Below are positions 62,688 through 64,000 of a stretch of DNA of 64,000 bases, in pieces. The first letter of the stretch is position 1. The number at the start of each line of letters is the position of its first letter. This stretch comes from Oscarella lobularis (Eukaryota). The position numbers were made by a program, and so were the translations under genes. The stretch covers positions 982,690-1,046,689 of the forward strand of contig NC_089192.1 in NCBI RefSeq assembly GCF_947507565.1, in the 5' to 3' direction. Below the pieces are notes generated by a model. The model saw nothing but the letters and a program-made list of their open reading frames with translations. It did not search any database and was not told the DNA's origin.

Positions 62688-62877
62688 GTTTTTCGGTGAA
62701 GCGACTGCGCATGCGTCGACAGCACGTGGATTTAATCCGATTTTAATCACCTACGAAAAAATTGATTCATGAAATGGTTACTAATCCCGTGCACCTCTAC
62801 GCCCACATTTGTCTAACTGGGATTAGCAATAAAAAGGGCATATAAAGTTTTACTTGGAAAAGTCTTTTGCATTGAGC

Positions 62878-64000
62878 TCATTTTGACGTCACGTCGCCGA
62901 TTTCGTTTTCTTCGTCGTCGCCCAACAGCTCGGGGCACTTCATTTCGCCTTTTGTTATTTTATCCATAGCGCACAGCAGATCATAATTGATTTCATCCGA
63001 GACTACGGAATCCTTCTTATACTTTGGATGGCTGCGTATAAATTTGCGCATCCACTGTGCACCAGTCAATACTTTGCCTGAAGAATAAAGGGAAAAACCA
63101 AGTCAATGATTTTTTGCACTAGTGCCTGACTGACTGACTGACCTGCTGCTCTCTTTTGCATAAGATTCAAGTAGCGACGTATGGTAGAATGTGTATCCGT
63201 GTCTAGATCAATCAAATCCAAGTAACGCCATATCAGAGGAACCAGACCAGGAAATCCTCCATCCTAAAAAGTGATAATAGTTCAAATAATATCAATTAAA
63301 GTCGACGCAACTAATTTACTATTCCGTTAATAACGGCATCAATCGACATCAATTCATATTCAGGTTCTCCTTCGTTCGTCTCCAAATCTTCCCACCAGAA
63401 AAAACGTAAATAATTTTAAAAATAGGTTTGATTGTAACCGACCTGAAAACGGCTGACGCCTAAAATAAAATTCCTCCGCTTGAACTGCGTCTCTTCTCTG
63501 CGCTTTATCCATGTTCTCGTCAACCTAATAGATCGATAGTCGCCACAGAAATATACGTGGATCTTCTTACTTTGGAAATAGGCACGTAAAAGGTGAGCCC
63601 TAAAGACAAAATGGCTCTCGTAAGAAGAATGACGAAGACGGAGTAGGCGGCATTCTCAAAGTCCGTCACTTGAACCTACAAAACAAAGAGAGAAAAATAA
63701 ACAAAAATGAAGTTAATTAATTAATTAATTAAACGCACATCGCAGACTCGAAATTCGACTCTCCATCCAATATCTGAATTGGGTGGCGGCGGCTTGAATC
63801 GCATCGACTGCCAGTTAGTTGACTGAATGTTCTAATAAAACAATGCTCTATTACTAATTAATTAAATTAAAAATTCTAAGCGAAATTAGTATTTGGGGAG
63901 GTCAACCTACTTCAAAATGGTCAGACTCGTTTTCCAGATTTTGGTAAATTTTTTCAGAGAATAGAGACACTGTGTCGCGAATGAAAAGATGCGCAATGTG
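62878..64000 (-). CDS. 3' part of a multi-exon gene of unknown function. It continues past the window end.
   Basis: Minus exons joined by GT..AG introns: [35 protein letters not shown] | ... | [41 protein letters not shown] | (K)[64 protein letters not shown]. One hydrophobic segment is present. No confident family assignment was made. Confidence 0.3.

Overview
This window is compact metazoan nuclear DNA. Exons are GC-rich, introns are short and AT-rich (mostly about 50-60 bp, GT..AG), and many neighbouring genes sit head-to-head or tail-to-tail. It opens inside a satellite array with a 41-bp unit and about 45 copies (1-1870). After that it carries about 30 protein-coding genes, recognised by translating the ORF track and by splicing exons by hand. 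These include a ZU5/death-domain protein, DLAT, an EXTL3-like exostosin, RPAP2, DNALI1, a LEM-domain exon pair, NPL, a Tret1/GLUT-like sugar transporter, an STK3/4 (Hippo/MST) kinase, a SETD3/4/6-like methyltransferase, TTC38, two tandem SLC6 transporters, cathepsin B, phosphatidylserine synthase, a PH/PTB adaptor, two tandem collagen plus fibrinogen-related genes, DCAF13, and TCP1. The most unusual items are listed here. A compositionally distinct, AT-rich, secreted tandem DNase-I-like (EEP) gene is bracketed by direct copies of a non-autonomous repeat. A candidate RNase MRP/P-family RNA gene is present. A mostly single-exon gene (one short 3' exon) encodes about 590 aa with an unknown N-terminal domain and a C-terminal RING-H2. 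Two tandem copies of a tiny cysteine-rich single-pass membrane protein sit next to a mosaic pseudo-exon made of TTC38 and SETD exon fragments. A head-to-head collagen-FReD/DCAF13 unit is tandemly duplicated and one DCAF13 first-exon copy has decayed. There is a ~444-bp palindrome with perfect inner arms, and a composite satellite inside a transporter intron. No prokaryotic-type systems (CRISPR, operons) are present. Gene symbols are family-level assignments from remembered consensus motifs, not database hits.
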